Position numbers and translations under genes: made by a program. From assembly GCA_951406725.2 (NCBI GenBank), contig OX597817.1, positions 82,584,001 through 82,648,000 on the forward strand: 64,000 bases of DNA, given 5' to 3'. Each line of letters opens with the position of its first letter. Position 1 is the stretch's first letter. The DNA is from Octopus vulgaris (taxonomy: Eukaryota). Shown here piece by piece: positions 63,366 to 64,000 of the stretch. The notes beneath the pieces are model-generated. The model did no database searches. It had not been told where the DNA came from and saw only the letters and a program-made list of their open reading frames with translations.

Positions 63366-63545
63366 GTTCATATTTGTATTCACCTTCAATTCTTTCCCAT
63401 TCTTGAATTATTTGGTTGGTCCCTGTTCTATTAAATCACATGTTCCACATTGGGGGTCTCCACATTTGGTAACTTGCATCATTTCTTCCTCTGATGCAAA
63501 TCTTGCTTTGATTAGAGGTTTCTTAAGATTTGAAAGCACTTGCAC
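63366..63545 (-). mobile_element. Penelope-like fragment (Cys-rich linker before GIY-YIG)
   Basis: Minus frame SNLKKPLIKARF...KCGDPQCGTCDLI...*FKNGKELKVNTNMN. Confidence 0.6.
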
Positions 63546-64000
63546 ATCTATAAAAGCAAAGCCCACACACATTTTGTGAAATCCCTTCCCTAAGGTTAGT
63601 ACCTTTCGACTTTCTAAAAAGGTTCTTTTCTCAATCTTAACTCTTTGAGAAAAAAATATTCACTCCAAATATCATAACTGTATCAAGGAATTTCCAAAAC
63701 ACTCTAAATATATATATATATATTATAGCCTCAGGCCAACCAAAGCCTTGTGAGTGGATTTTCTATATGGAAACTGAAAGAAGGCTATTGTATGTGTGTG
63801 TGTTTCTACCCTCACCATTACTTGCCAACCGATGTTGCTGTGTTTATATTCCCATATATTAGTGGTTTGGTAAAAGACACGGATAGAATAAGTACTAGGC
63901 TTACAAAGAATAAATCTTGTGGTTGATTTGTTCGACCAATGGCAGTGCTCCAGCATGGCTGTAGTCACATGACTGAAACAAGTAAAACACCAAAAAACTA

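Overview
AT-rich, repeat-dense animal genomic DNA. The microsatellite load and SINE/RTE repertoire suggest an octopus (coleoid cephalopod); this is an inference. The window lies inside one large minus-strand gene. Seven GT-AG exons (37461 down to 5889) splice in phase to about 310 codons resembling TSNAXIP1 (translin-associated factor X-interacting protein 1): coiled coil, then VPxFLRxEG motif, then EF-hand-like region. Start and stop were not found. The introns hold two Chapaev3-type DNA transposon relics, Gypsy LTR relics, R4/Dong, HERO-like, CR1 and RTE LINEs, Helitrons, Penelope-like (PLE) relics, several MITEs and many tRNA-derived SINEs. Most notable: (i) four sequence-unrelated foldback elements carrying minimal hammerhead-ribozyme cores, three of them abutting (TA)n tracts; (ii) an RTE LINE with a C4HC3 PHD finger inserted in its reverse transcriptase and a variable 62-bp minisatellite in its 3' UTR; (iii) a tandem duplication that puts a second, stop-containing 3' splice site 165 nt upstream of a host exon. 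Most ORFs in the six-frame track are microsatellite or repeat artefacts.
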